In this document: positions 19,682-29,467 of the stretch, piece after piece
Layout: each line of letters begins with the position of its first letter
Position numbering within the stretch: position 1 is the first letter of the stretch
NCBI GenBank assembly: GCA_964452875.1
Contig: CAYVNG010000002.1
Coordinates: 1,459-65,458, forward strand
Length of the DNA: 64,000 nucleotides
Reading direction: 5' to 3'
Origin: an uncultured Candidatus Saccharibacteria bacterium
GTDB taxonomy: Bacteria > Patescibacteriota > Minisyncoccia > Minisyncoccales > CAYVNG01
The notes under the pieces: model-generated
The model's database searches: none
Told to the model about the DNA's origin: nothing
What the model saw: only the letters and a program-made list of their open reading frames with translations
Position numbers and translations under genes: made by a program

Positions 19682-20722
19682 TTAAGATATCTGTTTTCGC
19701 AAGTATGCGGCCGCCTTTTCAGGCTCGATGGTTGATATTTCCATTCCCGCTCCGAGTTCGAACCCCGCCCATATCGATGTTTTCGGCAGGATGGTCCAGT
19801 GCCAATGGTAATATCCGTATTCCTTATTGTCGCAGGGGGCGCTATGAAGATAGAAATTGTAAGCAGGATCTCCTAATCCCTTATAAAGGGAATAGAGGGC
19901 TTTTTTGAAAGCTTCAGCCAGGCTCTCTTTCTCCTTTTCTGAAATCCTTTCAAAATACGGGGACGGCTTCTTCGGGGAGATTATTATCTCGAACGCAGAC
20001 TTGGAGGCGAAAGGGCAGAGAACCAAAAAGTCCTTGTTTTCGAAAACGATCCTCTTTTTCGATTTTCTTTCCCATTCGTCCATCAGAAAATAGATGTTTT
20101 TCTTGTGCTTCCGGTAATAGGCTTTGGCGTTAGAAATCGCCTTTTCCAGATCCGTGTCTATCAAAGGGGTGGTGATGATCTGGGAATGAGGATGGGATAT
20201 GGAAGCTCCAGCTTCTTTGCCGTGGTTATGGAATATTGATATGTACCTGACAGAGGGCTTTTCCATCAGCTCAAGATATCTTTGTTGATAGACGTCAATC
20301 ACTTCTTTTATCCTCTCTATGGAAAGCAGGGCCAAGGACCTGTCATGGTCCCTGGTGACCACCACTTCGTGGTATCCTGCAGCATCCATGGATTTGTAGA
20401 ATTCCCCTTCGGACCTGGTCCTGGGATTTGAAATAGGAGCAAAGGCGGGATACTTGTTTTTGATGGCCAGAGTGGTCCAGTTTTCTGGAAAACGTCCTTT
20501 TTCTTTTATGGATATCTTTTCTCCGGAAGAAATGATGAGAGTCGCCTCGTTTTCCGAACCAAGCTTGCAGAAAGGGCAAGGGCTTTTCAGAACCTCTTTT
20601 TCCTTCCTGCGATTCTGCCTGAACATCTCCGGACGCTTAGCCCTTCCGGTGGCGATGACCACCCAGTCTTTGGACATTACGTTGTATCTAAGCTCGGAAA
20701 GAAGTTTTTTTTCACCTGCCAT
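19682..20722 (-). CDS. galT: Galactose-1-phosphate uridylyltransferase (HIT-like)
   Basis: 346 aa. Zinc site CPFC and active site HPHSQI. Confidence 0.8.
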   Translation of the reverse strand: MAGEKKLLSELRYNVMSKDWVVIATGRAKRPEMFRQNRRKEKEVLKSPCPFCKLGSENEATLIISSGEKISIKEKGRFPENWTTLAIKNKYPAFAPISNPRTRSEGEFYKSMDAAGYHEVVVTRDHDRSLALLSIERIKEVIDVYQQRYLELMEKPSVRYISIFHNHGKEAGASISHPHSQIITTPLIDTDLEKAISNAKAYYRKHKKNIYFLMDEWERKSKKRIVFENKDFLVLCPFASKSAFEIIISPKKPSPYFERISEKEKESLAEAFKKALYSLYKGLGDPAYNFYLHSAPCDNKEYGYYHWHWTILPKTSIWAGFELGAGMEISTIEPEKAAAYLRKQIS

Positions 20723-21446
20723 ACCTTTTTCTGATCATATTCCACCTTATCTTAAACAGATCTCTCAGCATCTCAAGCATGTTTTTAAACTTGACCTTGC
20801 TGTCAGGGTCGTTTTTCCAGAAGACCGGCATCTCCTTTATCTTGTATCCGCGCTTCTTGGCGATGACCAAAAGCTCGGGATCAAAAGCAAAATGGTTTAT
20901 CCTGGTGGCAGGAAAAATATCCAAGGCCGCTCTTTCAGTGAACCCCTTGAACCCGCATTGGCTGTCTAAAATCCCGTGTGTTCCGCAGATTATCTGGGTC
21001 AGAATCCTAAAAACATCGCCGAGGATTCTTCTGTAAAAAGGCTGTGGGGGATCCAAGACCGCGCCCTTCACGTCCCTTGAGCCTATGACCAAGTCGTAGC
21101 CTTCCTTGAAATACGGCCACATTTTTTCCACCTGCTCTATGGGAGTGGAATTGTCCGCGTCCGTGAATATCCTGTATCCGCCTTTGGCTTCTTCCATGCC
21201 GGTTTTGACGGCATATCCTTTGCCCAGGCTTTTCCCGCGGTCGACGAGCTTCAGATTCTTAACTTCTTTTTGCATGTTCTTTACCAGTCCTGCCGTATTG
21301 TCAGTGGATCCGCTGGCGACCACTATGATTTCGTAAGGATAATTCTGCGAGCTGAGATATTTATCAATCGCATCCAGGCTTGAAGGCAACCTTTTTTCCT
21401 CGTTGAACGCCGGAATTACGACTGAAAGATGAATTTTGTTTTCCAT
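20712..21446 (-). CDS. Family 2 glycosyltransferase (polyprenyl-phosphate sugar synthase-like)
   Basis: 244 aa. LSVVIPAFNEE and FTDADNS (DxD) motifs. Confidence 0.8.
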   Translation of the reverse strand: MENKIHLSVVIPAFNEEKRLPSSLDAIDKYLSSQNYPYEIIVVASGSTDNTAGLVKNMQKEVKNLKLVDRGKSLGKGYAVKTGMEEAKGGYRIFTDADNSTPIEQVEKMWPYFKEGYDLVIGSRDVKGAVLDPPQPFYRRILGDVFRILTQIICGTHGILDSQCGFKGFTERAALDIFPATRINHFAFDPELLVIAKKRGYKIKEMPVFWKNDPDSKVKFKNMLEMLRDLFKIRWNMIRKRYGR

Positions 21447-21465
21447 TTTTTTATTCTACCACGTA

Positions 21466-22233
21466 TTAACGGCGGATGTTAAGGGTTTTTATCTCTGTCA
21501 GAACGCGGGGGCCTTTCTCGGTCACGGCCACCATGTGCTCGAAGTGGGCGGACAAGGAATTGTCCGCGGTCACGAAGGAAAACCCGTCTTTCCCTTCCTT
21601 CATTTCTCCATTGCCCATGGAAACGATGGGCTCCAGACAAAGGACCATTCCTTCCTTTATCTTCTCCCCCTTGCCCCTCTGGCCGTAATTCAAAACTTTC
21701 GGGTCTTCCTGAAGGTCTTTGCCTATGCCGTGACCGCACAGATCTTTCACGACGCTGAATCCCTGGGATTCCACGAACCTTTGGATGGTGTTGCCCACGT
21801 CCCCGATGGTGTTCCCCGCCTTTGTTTTCTTGATCCCTCTTTTCAGGGCTTTTTTGGTGACTCTTAAAAGCCTCAGCGCTTCCGGGTCAGCTTTTCCAAT
21901 AGGAAAGGTAATGGCCATGTCGGAATTGTACCCCTTGTAGCTTAGCCCGGCGTCTATGGTCAGAATATCCCCTTCCTTCAAAATCCTGGCTGAAGGGATG
22001 GCATGGACGATCTCCTCATTGATTGACGTGCAAATCGCGGCCGGAAACCCGTCATATCCTTTAAAGCACGGTTTTCCTTCTTGTTTTAAAATAAGGCTCT
22101 CTGCGAGCCTGTCTAATTCGATGGTTTTCATTCCGGGTCGGGCGGCCTTCTTGAGATCTTCCATCACGCGAGCCAGCCTTTTTCCCGCCTCCCTCATTGT
22201 CGCTATCTCCTCTTTTGTCTTTATTGACGTCAT
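21466..22233 (-). CDS. map: Methionine aminopeptidase, type I
   Basis: 255 aa with the pita-bread fold pattern (CHGIG-like LCGHGIG). Sits after adk as in the spc operon. Confidence 0.9.
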   Translation of the reverse strand: MTSIKTKEEIATMREAGKRLARVMEDLKKAARPGMKTIELDRLAESLILKQEGKPCFKGYDGFPAAICTSINEEIVHAIPSARILKEGDILTIDAGLSYKGYNSDMAITFPIGKADPEALRLLRVTKKALKRGIKKTKAGNTIGDVGNTIQRFVESQGFSVVKDLCGHGIGKDLQEDPKVLNYGQRGKGEKIKEGMVLCLEPIVSMGNGEMKEGKDGFSFVTADNSLSAHFEHMVAVTEKGPRVLTEIKTLNIRR

Positions 22234-22931
22234 TTGATGGCCTTTGATATCTTTTCGAAAATATCCGACACCGAACCCTTCCCCGATACGTTCTTCACCT
22301 GGAGCTTCAGTTTTCTGAAGTAAGAGATCAAGGGAAACGTCCTTTGGCGGTATTCCTTGAGCCTGACGACGATGGTTTCAGGGTCGTCGAGCCCCTTTCT
22401 TTTCAAAAGATTGGAACCGTCCAATGGGCACTTGGTGAGTTTCAAAGTCTCCTTGGTATAAAGGACCGGATGCCTCATCAGTTGGCAAATCCTCCTATGG
22501 CTGTTCCTGAAAATCGAATCTTCCGGGCTGAGGCTTATCAGAACAATTTTGATGTTCTTCTTTCCGAAAAGCCTGATCAAAAAAGGCATCAGGACTTCCC
22601 CCTCGAAAAGGGTGCGCGGGGATCCTGCCAGAACGATTGATTCTCCTGTGTCAAAGAGATTCTTTATCTTCTCCTTGACCAGCTGGGATACGAAAGGAGG
22701 GCTGCACAGTATCCCCGTCTCCCAGAGTTTCCTTTCGTCCTTAAGAAAATATTTCTTGGATCCGACCTTCACGAAATCTCCTTCTTTCGGATTTCTGAAG
22801 GATTCTTCCAAAACCTTGCTTGTCTCCAGATAGTAAAAGCTGAACTTTTCCGCCAACAGAGAAGCCTGAGTCCCTTTGCCCGCCCCCGGAGGGCCCATCA
22901 GAATGACTGTCTTTTTTTCAGAATGTTTCAT
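22230..22931 (-). CDS. adk: Adenylate kinase
   Basis: 233 aa. P-loop GPPGAGKGTQ. Long, atypical lid region with only scattered Cys. Confidence 0.85.
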   Translation of the reverse strand: MKHSEKKTVILMGPPGAGKGTQASLLAEKFSFYYLETSKVLEESFRNPKEGDFVKVGSKKYFLKDERKLWETGILCSPPFVSQLVKEKIKNLFDTGESIVLAGSPRTLFEGEVLMPFLIRLFGKKNIKIVLISLSPEDSIFRNSHRRICQLMRHPVLYTKETLKLTKCPLDGSNLLKRKGLDDPETIVVRLKEYRQRTFPLISYFRKLKLQVKNVSGKGSVSDIFEKISKAIK

Positions 22932-24195
22932 ATTCCCTCATTTGCAGCTGGGCTTTAATCTGCCTTAATGTTTCCAGGACCACGGAAACTATGATAAGCA
23001 GAGCCGTTCCTCCGACGAAGAATCCGAAAACGCTTATCCCGGTGATCCCTTCGACGATGGAAGGCATGACGGCGATGGTGGCCAAAAACAAGGCTCCGAC
23101 CAAAAGGACCCTATTTAAAATATATGTTATGAAGCTGGCGGTTGAAGTTCCCGGCCTTATCCCGGGCACGAACCCGCCCATCTTCTGAAGGTTGGTGGAT
23201 ATGGCTTTGGGGTCAAATGTGACTGCGGTATAGAAGTATGTGAAAAGGCAAACCAGGACGAAATAGAATACGCCGTAGACCCAGGGGTCGGCAAAAAAGT
23301 CAGACACGGACTGGGCGGCAGCACCGACAGCTCCTCCTGCCCCGCTCAAGAAGCTGGCTATCATCCCAGGGAAAAGCATGATTGATAATGCGAAAATGAT
23401 CGGAATCACTCCGGCCGGGTTGATATTCAAAGGCAGATAAGTGGAAACCCCTCCGTACATTTTAGTCCCTCTAACCCTTTTGGCGTAGGAGACCGGTATG
23501 TTCCTCCTCCCTTCGTTTATCAATACCACCGAAGCTATTATGGCCAGAGACATCGCGGCGAACAAAAAATAAGAAGGAATATCTGTGGCATCCCAGTTCA
23601 CTATGATTTCCCTCATGTTCACCGGGATCCTCGCCACGATTCCAGCAAAAATCAAAAGGGAAACTCCGTTGCCTATCCCTTTTTCCGATATTAATTCCCC
23701 GACCCACATTAAAAACACGGCGCCGGCGGCAACAGTGACTATGGTCGAAATCATCTCCGAGGCGGAGATGCTGCCGATCGCCCCTTGGCGCTGCAGAAGA
23801 GCCAGCATCCCGTACCCCTGGAGAAAAGCCAAAGGAATCGTCAAAATCCTTCCGTACTGGTTGAAGCGCTGGCGCCCGGCTTCCCCTTCTTCCTTGTAAA
23901 TGCGCTCAAGTTGGGGGAATATCATTGTCAAAAGCTGCATGATGATCACCGCCGTGATGTACGGGCTCATGCCGAGCATCACTATGGAAAGGTTTTCAAG
24001 CGTCCCTCCGGTAAACATATTCAAAAGCCCGAACACCTGGAACTGGTTCAAAAAATCTTTGAGATTTTCGATGTCCATGCCCGGGATGGGAATATTGGCC
24101 ATCAGCCTGAAAACGGCCAGCATGGCCAGGACGAAAAGTATTTTCTTCCTCAAATCCGGGATTCGGAATATTTGGGTCAATTTTTGGATCCACAT
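22918..24195 (-). CDS. secY: Preprotein translocase subunit SecY
   Basis: 425 aa, 10-TM pattern. Follows rplO. Confidence 0.95.
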   Translation of the reverse strand: MWIQKLTQIFRIPDLRKKILFVLAMLAVFRLMANIPIPGMDIENLKDFLNQFQVFGLLNMFTGGTLENLSIVMLGMSPYITAVIIMQLLTMIFPQLERIYKEEGEAGRQRFNQYGRILTIPLAFLQGYGMLALLQRQGAIGSISASEMISTIVTVAAGAVFLMWVGELISEKGIGNGVSLLIFAGIVARIPVNMREIIVNWDATDIPSYFLFAAMSLAIIASVVLINEGRRNIPVSYAKRVRGTKMYGGVSTYLPLNINPAGVIPIIFALSIMLFPGMIASFLSGAGGAVGAAAQSVSDFFADPWVYGVFYFVLVCLFTYFYTAVTFDPKAISTNLQKMGGFVPGIRPGTSTASFITYILNRVLLVGALFLATIAVMPSIVEGITGISVFGFFVGGTALLIIVSVVLETLRQIKAQLQMREYETF

Positions 24196-24199
24196 ATCG

Positions 24200-24631
24200 T
24201 TATTTCACAGTGCCACCCGCTTTTTCAACGGCTTCCTTGGCGGACTTGGAATACAGGCAATTTTCAACGTCCAGCTTCTTTTCAATCTTGCCCGAAGACA
24301 AAATCTTGACACTGGGGGTTCTTCCGTCGATCCTTCTTATGATCTTCTTCTCAACCAATATTTCCGGGCTGACTTTTTCCCCTGATTCGAATTTTTTCTG
24401 CAGGTCTTCCAGCCTGACAATGGCTCTTGCCGGAAATTTCGGCTTGAAGCTGTACCCCCTCAGTTTGGAGTATTTTTTGATTAGCTCGCGTATGGACGGC
24501 TGCATTTTCCTCCCTGCTCTGGATTTCTGCCCTTTTATCCCTTTTCCAGAATAGGTCCCTCTCTTTCCTCCCCGCCCCACGCGCCTGGATTTCCTTGATT
24601 TGTGATCAGGCCTTAGTTCGTGCAACTGCAT
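24200..24631 (-). CDS. rplO: 50S ribosomal protein L15
   Basis: 143 aa. GRGGKRGTYSGKGIKGQKSRAG. Confidence 0.95.
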   Translation of the reverse strand: MQLHELRPDHKSRKSRRVGRGGKRGTYSGKGIKGQKSRAGRKMQPSIRELIKKYSKLRGYSFKPKFPARAIVRLEDLQKKFESGEKVSPEILVEKKIIRRIDGRTPSVKILSSGKIEKKLDVENCLYSKSAKEAVEKAGGTVK

Positions 24632-25118
24632 GTTTGTTTTTTATTTCTTTTACCTTCAGCTTCTTTAAAGCTTCGATGGTGGCTCTGGCGTTGTTCAGTT
24701 TGTTCCCTGTCCTGCTCAAAACTTTGGAAGAGATGTTTTTTATCCCGCCCAAAGAGCAAATAACCCTCACCGTTCCTCCGGCCACCAGCCCCCTTCCTTT
24801 CCCCTGGGGCCTCAAGAGGATGCGGGCCGCTCCCGCTTTCGCCGAAACTTCGAACGGTATGGTTTCCTCGACGATCGGGAACTCGACCAGGTTCTTTTTC
24901 GAAAGCCTGGTCGCTTTTTCGACCGCGGCGGCCACGTCCTGGCCCGTCCCCATCCCTATGCCGACTTTTCCCTTCTTGTCTCCGCTGATTATGACGGCCC
25001 GAAACCCGATTTTCCTTCCGCCTGCCCTTGTATGGGAAACCCTGGCCAAGTCCAATAATCTGGATTCAAAATCGTCCTTTGGCCTTCTCTCAGTTCTTCT
25101 GTTGGAATTGAATGGCAT
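24606..25118 (-). CDS. rpsE: 30S ribosomal protein S5
   Basis: 170 aa. RVSHTRAGGRKIGFRAVIISGD. The 3' end overlaps the rplO start by 26 nt, leaving no room for rpmD. Confidence 0.95.
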   Translation of the reverse strand: MPFNSNRRTERRPKDDFESRLLDLARVSHTRAGGRKIGFRAVIISGDKKGKVGIGMGTGQDVAAAVEKATRLSKKNLVEFPIVEETIPFEVSAKAGAARILLRPQGKGRGLVAGGTVRVICSLGGIKNISSKVLSRTGNKLNNARATIEALKKLKVKEIKNKHAVARTKA

Positions 25119-25136
25119 GAATTTGGTTTTTCAAAA

Positions 25137-25487
25137 TTAAAATTCGATCCCTCCCTGCCTGGCTCCTTCGGCCAAAGCTTTGACCTTGCCGTGGTAAGCG
25201 TAACCGCCCCTGTCAAAAACCGCTTTGGCGATCTTTTTTCCCTTGGCTTTCTCGGCTATCAGTTTTCCGGTCTCAAAGGCCTTTTCCTGCGGGTTTTTCC
25301 CCGTCTTTGTTTCCTTGTCGCTGGCAGAAGCCAGAATTTTGTTCTTCCCGTCGTCTATCAGCTGGGCGTACATATGGATATTGGATTTGAACACGCAAAG
25401 ACGCGGCCTTTCGGCGGTGCCGGAAACCATCGATCTGATCCTTTTGTGCCTTATCTGCCTTTTTTGGTTTTTATTCTTTGCCTTCAT
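25137..25487 (-). CDS. rplR: 50S ribosomal protein L18
   Basis: 116 aa. RPRLCVFKSNIHMYAQLID...FDRGGYAYHGKVKALAEGAR. Confidence 0.95.
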   Translation of the reverse strand: MKAKNKNQKRQIRHKRIRSMVSGTAERPRLCVFKSNIHMYAQLIDDGKNKILASASDKETKTGKNPQEKAFETGKLIAEKAKGKKIAKAVFDRGGYAYHGKVKALAEGARQGGIEF

Positions 25488-25489
25488 AT

Positions 25490-26068
25490 TTATTTGGTTG
25501 CGGTCGCTATCGCTTTCTTGCCGGCCTTCCTTCTTATGACCTCGTCTGAATATTTTATCCCTTTACCTTTGTATGGCTCAGGCTTCCTGACGTCCCTCAC
25601 CTTGGCCGAGAACTCTCCGACCTCCTGTTTTCCCGGACCGGATATGGAAATGACGCTTTTTTCGATGGAAACGGAGATCTTCTCTGGTATCTGCATCTTC
25701 ACCGGATGGCTGAAGCCGACTTCCAGTATCAGGTCTTTGCCTTCCACTCTCGCCCTGTATCCGACCCCCACCATTTCAAGCTTTTTTTCATATCCGGAAA
25801 CCACTCCCTTCACCATGCAGGCGATTATTGCTCCGGCCGTCCCCCAGAGGGACTTGGTCTGCTTATCAAGCGATACTGCGTCTTTCTTCCCTTCCTTCAG
25901 CTCTAAGGGCCTGACATGAATCTCGCCTTCCGCGATGTCAACGTCAATAAGCCTGTGAAGATCGAAGGAAAGCTCCCCTTTCGGGCCTTTTACAAGGATT
26001 TTCCCTGCCTCCTTCGTCACCTGGACTCCCTGCGGTATTTTTATTGTTTTTTTTCCTACTCTAGACAT
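25490..26068 (-). CDS. rplF: 50S ribosomal protein L6
   Basis: 192 aa. MSRVGKKTIKIPQGV. Confidence 0.95.
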   Translation of the reverse strand: MSRVGKKTIKIPQGVQVTKEAGKILVKGPKGELSFDLHRLIDVDIAEGEIHVRPLELKEGKKDAVSLDKQTKSLWGTAGAIIACMVKGVVSGYEKKLEMVGVGYRARVEGKDLILEVGFSHPVKMQIPEKISVSIEKSVISISGPGKQEVGEFSAKVRDVRKPEPYKGKGIKYSDEVIRRKAGKKAIATATK

Positions 26069-26072
26069 GATT

Positions 26073-26462
26073 TTACCAGACTTCGCAAATTATTTCTCCT
26101 CCTACCCTTTTCTTTCTGGCTTCTTCTCCGGCCATCAACCCTTTCGAAGTCGAAATCACGGAAATGCCGTATCCGGCCTTGATCTTCCTTATCTCCTGGC
26201 ATCCCTTGTATATCCTCTGGCTCGGCTTGGACACCTTTTTTATCCCTGATATGGCCGGAGCTCCTTCCTGGTATTTCAGTACGATTTCCAGCTTCTTCTT
26301 GTTCTTCCTTCCTTTCTTTTCCGCCTCCTTAAGAAATCCGTTCTCCTTTAAAACCCTGGCCACTTCGAATTTCAAATCGGAATACGGAATGCTGACCGTT
26401 TCCTTTTTCGCCATCTGGGCGTTCCTTATTTGCGTTAGCATGCTTGAAATTGTGTCGCTCAT
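26073..26462 (-). CDS. rpsH: 30S ribosomal protein S8
   Basis: 129 aa. DTISSMLTQIRNA. Confidence 0.95.
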   Translation of the reverse strand: MSDTISSMLTQIRNAQMAKKETVSIPYSDLKFEVARVLKENGFLKEAEKKGRKNKKKLEIVLKYQEGAPAISGIKKVSKPSQRIYKGCQEIRKIKAGYGISVISTSKGLMAGEEARKKRVGGEIICEVW

Positions 26463-26466
26463 GTTT

Positions 26467-26652
26467 TTACCAAGATGATTTTTTAATCCCGGGTATTATT
26501 CCTTTATTGGCCATCTCCCTGAAGCATATTCGGCAAAGCCCGAAATCTCTCATGTACCCCCTTCTCCTGCCGCATCGAAAGCAGCGCCTTACCGTTCGGC
26601 TCATGTACTTCGGTTTTCTCAGTGATTTTGCAATCTGTGATTTTTTCGCCAT
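26467..26652 (-). CDS. rpsN: 30S ribosomal protein S14, zinc-binding type Z
   Basis: 61 aa. [23 protein letters not shown]. Confidence 0.95.
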   Translation of the reverse strand: MAKKSQIAKSLRKPKYMSRTVRRCFRCGRRRGYMRDFGLCRICFREMANKGIIPGIKKSSW

Positions 26653-26665
26653 TTTTTTATCCTGG

Positions 26666-27226
26666 TTATTTCGGTTTTATGGGAAATCCCATCAAAGTCA
26701 GCATTTCCAATCCTTCTTCCCTGTTTTTCGCTGTGGTGGACACTGTGATTTCCAACCCGAAGATTGATTTCGCTTTTTCCGGGGAAACTTCCGGGAAAAC
26801 GATGTGCTCTTTGACTCCGATGGTCAAATTTCCCCTTTCGTCAACCGCCTTCCTGTCTATGCCCCTGAAATCCCTGGTCCTGGGAAGGGCGATGGAAATG
26901 AGCCTTTCAAGGAAATCGTACATCATTCGCTTCCTCAGAGTCACCTTTGAACCGATGATCGTCCCCTGCCTCAGTTTGAAGGCGGATATGGCCTTTTTGG
27001 CCTTCGTCTTCACCGGCCTTTGGCCGGCAATCAGTCCCAAATCCTGAACGATGGAATCCACAGTCTTATCCAACTCCTGTCCGCCAAGGGCGGCCGTCGT
27101 CCTTCCGAAACCCGTGTTCAAAACCACTTTCTCGATTTTGGGAACCTGAAAACTGTTCTTGTATCCGAACTTCTTTTTCATCTCCGGAATCACTTCTTTT
27201 TGGTATTTTTCGTTTAAATGGCTCAT
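26666..27226 (-). CDS. rplE: 50S ribosomal protein L5
   Basis: Start set at the internal ATG ([12 protein letters not shown]) that forms an ATGA overlap with the rplX stop. The track ORF extends to 27241. Confidence 0.9.
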   Translation of the reverse strand: MSHLNEKYQKEVIPEMKKKFGYKNSFQVPKIEKVVLNTGFGRTTAALGGQELDKTVDSIVQDLGLIAGQRPVKTKAKKAISAFKLRQGTIIGSKVTLRKRMMYDFLERLISIALPRTRDFRGIDRKAVDERGNLTIGVKEHIVFPEVSPEKAKSIFGLEITVSTTAKNREEGLEMLTLMGFPIKPK

Positions 27227-27540
27227 GCTTCCTGTCCGCATTTTTTGCAGATCCTTATTTTCACCTTATTTTTCCCGGAAACCTCGATTTTGTATCCTAC
27301 TCTCGTCGCTTTTCCGCAGCTCTTGCAGATTATTTTTGCGTTGGAGGCGCTGATCGGAGCGGGGAACTGCACTACCTGCCCTTTTTCTCCGGACTTCTTG
27401 GGGCGGACGTGTTTTTTCCTCATGTTAACCCCTTCGGCGGTTATCTTCCCAGCCGGCTTCATCACTTCCAGCACTTTGGATTTTCTTCCCCTGTCCTTTC
27501 CGGATATTATTAAAATTTGATCGCCTTTTTTGATCTTCAT
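27223..27540 (-). CDS. rplX: 50S ribosomal protein L24
   Basis: 105 aa. KIKKGDQILIISGKDRG (KOW motif). C-terminal CxxC...CxxC extension. Confidence 0.9.
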   Translation of the reverse strand: MKIKKGDQILIISGKDRGRKSKVLEVMKPAGKITAEGVNMRKKHVRPKKSGEKGQVVQFPAPISASNAKIICKSCGKATRVGYKIEVSGKNKVKIRICKKCGQEA

Positions 27541-27911
27541 TATATTAATTCTTCAGCTAAGCTCGCTATCTTTTCAAAGCCTTTCTCCCTTAATTCCCTG
27601 GGGATCGGACCGGTGATCCTGTTCCCCTTGGGCTCCTTGGTCTTTCCTTCCAGCACCACCGCGCTGTTCTCGTCGAACCTTATGTAAGTGCCGTCGCTCC
27701 TGCGGAACGGCTTTTTCTGCCTGACCACGACCGCCCTCACCACTTCGTGCTTTTTGACTATCTTCCTGGGTTCGGCCGATTTGACCGCAACAACGACAAT
27801 ATCGCCTATCTGGGCGTATCTCTTTTTCGTCCCGCCTAAAATCCCGAAGCACATCGCTTGCTTGGCTCCCGTATTGTCGGTTATGTTCAATATTGTTCTT
27901 GCCTGGATCAT
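27540..27911 (-). CDS. rplN: 50S ribosomal protein L14
   Basis: 123 aa. MIQARTILNITDNTGAK. Confidence 0.95.
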   Translation of the reverse strand: MIQARTILNITDNTGAKQAMCFGILGGTKKRYAQIGDIVVVAVKSAEPRKIVKKHEVVRAVVVRQKKPFRRSDGTYIRFDENSAVVLEGKTKEPKGNRITGPIPRELREKGFEKIASLAEELI

Positions 27912-27926
27912 TTTCGCAAAATTACG

Positions 27927-28205
27927 TTATTCCTCTTCCTTTGGCTCGGCTTCATCTTCCTGCTTTTTGGCTTCGGTTATCTTTTCTGTCACCTTCCATT
28001 TTTTTTCCTTGCTCAATGGCCTGCATTCCTCTATCACCACCCTGTCTCCTTCAAGAAAGGCTTCCTCGGCGTGGGCTTTGTATTTCTTGTGGGACTTGAC
28101 CATTTTTTTGTATTTGGGATGCTCTTTCCTGCTTTCAACCAAAACCACCACGGTTTTCTGCATTTTATTGGAAATAATTGTTCCGGTCAATTTCCTTTTT
28201 GGCAT
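27927..28205 (-). CDS. rpsQ: 30S ribosomal protein S17
   Basis: 92 aa. [17 protein letters not shown]. Acidic C-terminal tail. Confidence 0.9.
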   Translation of the reverse strand: MPKRKLTGTIISNKMQKTVVVLVESRKEHPKYKKMVKSHKKYKAHAEEAFLEGDRVVIEECRPLSKEKKWKVTEKITEAKKQEDEAEPKEEE

Positions 28206-28207
28206 GT

Positions 28208-28387
28208 TTATTGCTTCAGCAGCGTTAAGATTTTGGCGATGTCCTTTCTCACTCCTCTCAATTCCCTTACATTCTTCACCTTTCCGGCGGACAAGTCAAA
28301 TCTCAAAGATCTCAATCTCTCCCTTTTCTCCATCAAAAGACTCTTTAACTCCTCTTTCGGTTTTTGGCGGATTTCCTGGGTTTTCAT
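28208..28387 (-). CDS. rpmC: 50S ribosomal protein L29
   Basis: Hand translation: [59 protein letters not shown], then TAA. ATGA overlap with the rplP stop. Below the ORF-track cutoff. Confidence 0.9.
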   Translation of the reverse strand: MKTQEIRQKPKEELKSLLMEKRERLRSLRFDLSAGKVKNVRELRGVRKDIAKILTLLKQ

Positions 28388-28806
28388 AATGAGGATTGTC
28401 TTTTTACGAATTTTGCCTTGACGGAAATCTTGTCCGACGCTTTTCTGAAAGCCTCTTTGGCCACTTCTTCTGTAACCCCTTCAAGCTCGAAAAGTATCCT
28501 CCCCGGCTTGACGGCTACGGCATAGTGGTCAACGCCTCCTTTCCCTCCTCCCATGGGAACTTCAGTCCCTTTCTGCGTGATGGGCTTGTCCGGAAATACT
28601 CTCGTCCAAAGCTTCCCTCCCTTTTTCAGATACCTGATGATCGCCCTCCTGGCGGCTTCAATCTGCCTTGCGCTAATCCATTCAGTTTCCATGCTCTTCA
28701 ATCCGAAAGAACCGAAAGCCAGCTCAAGCCCCCTGGTGGCCAGGCCCTTGTTCCTTCTCCTTCCCTTATGCCATTTTCGGTGTTTTACTTTCTTCGGGTA
28801 AAGCAT
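28384..28806 (-). CDS. rplP: 50S ribosomal protein L16
   Basis: 140 aa. [16 protein letters not shown]. Confidence 0.95.
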   Translation of the reverse strand: MLYPKKVKHRKWHKGRRRNKGLATRGLELAFGSFGLKSMETEWISARQIEAARRAIIRYLKKGGKLWTRVFPDKPITQKGTEVPMGGGKGGVDHYAVAVKPGRILFELEGVTEEVAKEAFRKASDKISVKAKFVKRQSSL

Positions 28807-28810
28807 GATT

Positions 28811-29458
28811 TTAATCGAATTTTTCTCCTTTGTAAATCCAAATTTTGATTCCGATCGTGCCGTACGAACATCTAGCCGGTACGAATCCGTATTCTATGTC
28901 CGCCCTCAATGTCTGGCGGGGCAATTTTCCCTTCAAAAGCCACTCCCTTCTGGCTATTTCCGACCCTCCGAGCCTTCCGGAAACTTCTATCCTGGCCCCT
29001 TTCACGTCTCTGGTGGCCATTATTTTTTCCATGGCCTGCTTGATCGTTTTCCTGTGGGGCATCCTTCTTATAAGCCTTTGGGCGATCCATTCTCCGACCA
29101 GTTTGGGACTTGCCCAGACGTCTTTTATGCCCTTGATCTCAATCTTTATTTCAACTGTTTTTTTGCCTTTTCCGAACATCTTCCTTTCCAGAAGCTTCTT
29201 TATCTCTTCCACTCCGGCTCCCCCTCTCCCGATTATTATCCCCGGCCTTCCGGTGCTGATTATGACGTTTATTTTCCCTGAAGACCTTTCGATCTCCACC
29301 TTTTCGATGCTGGCATCCTTGAACTTTTCTTCAAGCAGATCCCTTATTAAAAGGTCCTCTTTGAGGTACTTGGGAAGATTTTTGCCGTAAAATCCCCTCG
29401 AATCCCAGTCCGATATGTTTTTTATCCTGAACGCTTTTGGGTGTACTTTGTGGGACAT
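28811..29458 (-). CDS. rpsC: 30S ribosomal protein S3
   Basis: 215 aa. KH domain [10 protein letters not shown]. Confidence 0.95.
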   Translation of the reverse strand: MSHKVHPKAFRIKNISDWDSRGFYGKNLPKYLKEDLLIRDLLEEKFKDASIEKVEIERSSGKINVIISTGRPGIIIGRGGAGVEEIKKLLERKMFGKGKKTVEIKIEIKGIKDVWASPKLVGEWIAQRLIRRMPHRKTIKQAMEKIMATRDVKGARIEVSGRLGGSEIARREWLLKGKLPRQTLRADIEYGFVPARCSYGTIGIKIWIYKGEKFD

Positions 29459-29467
29459 AGTCGAATG

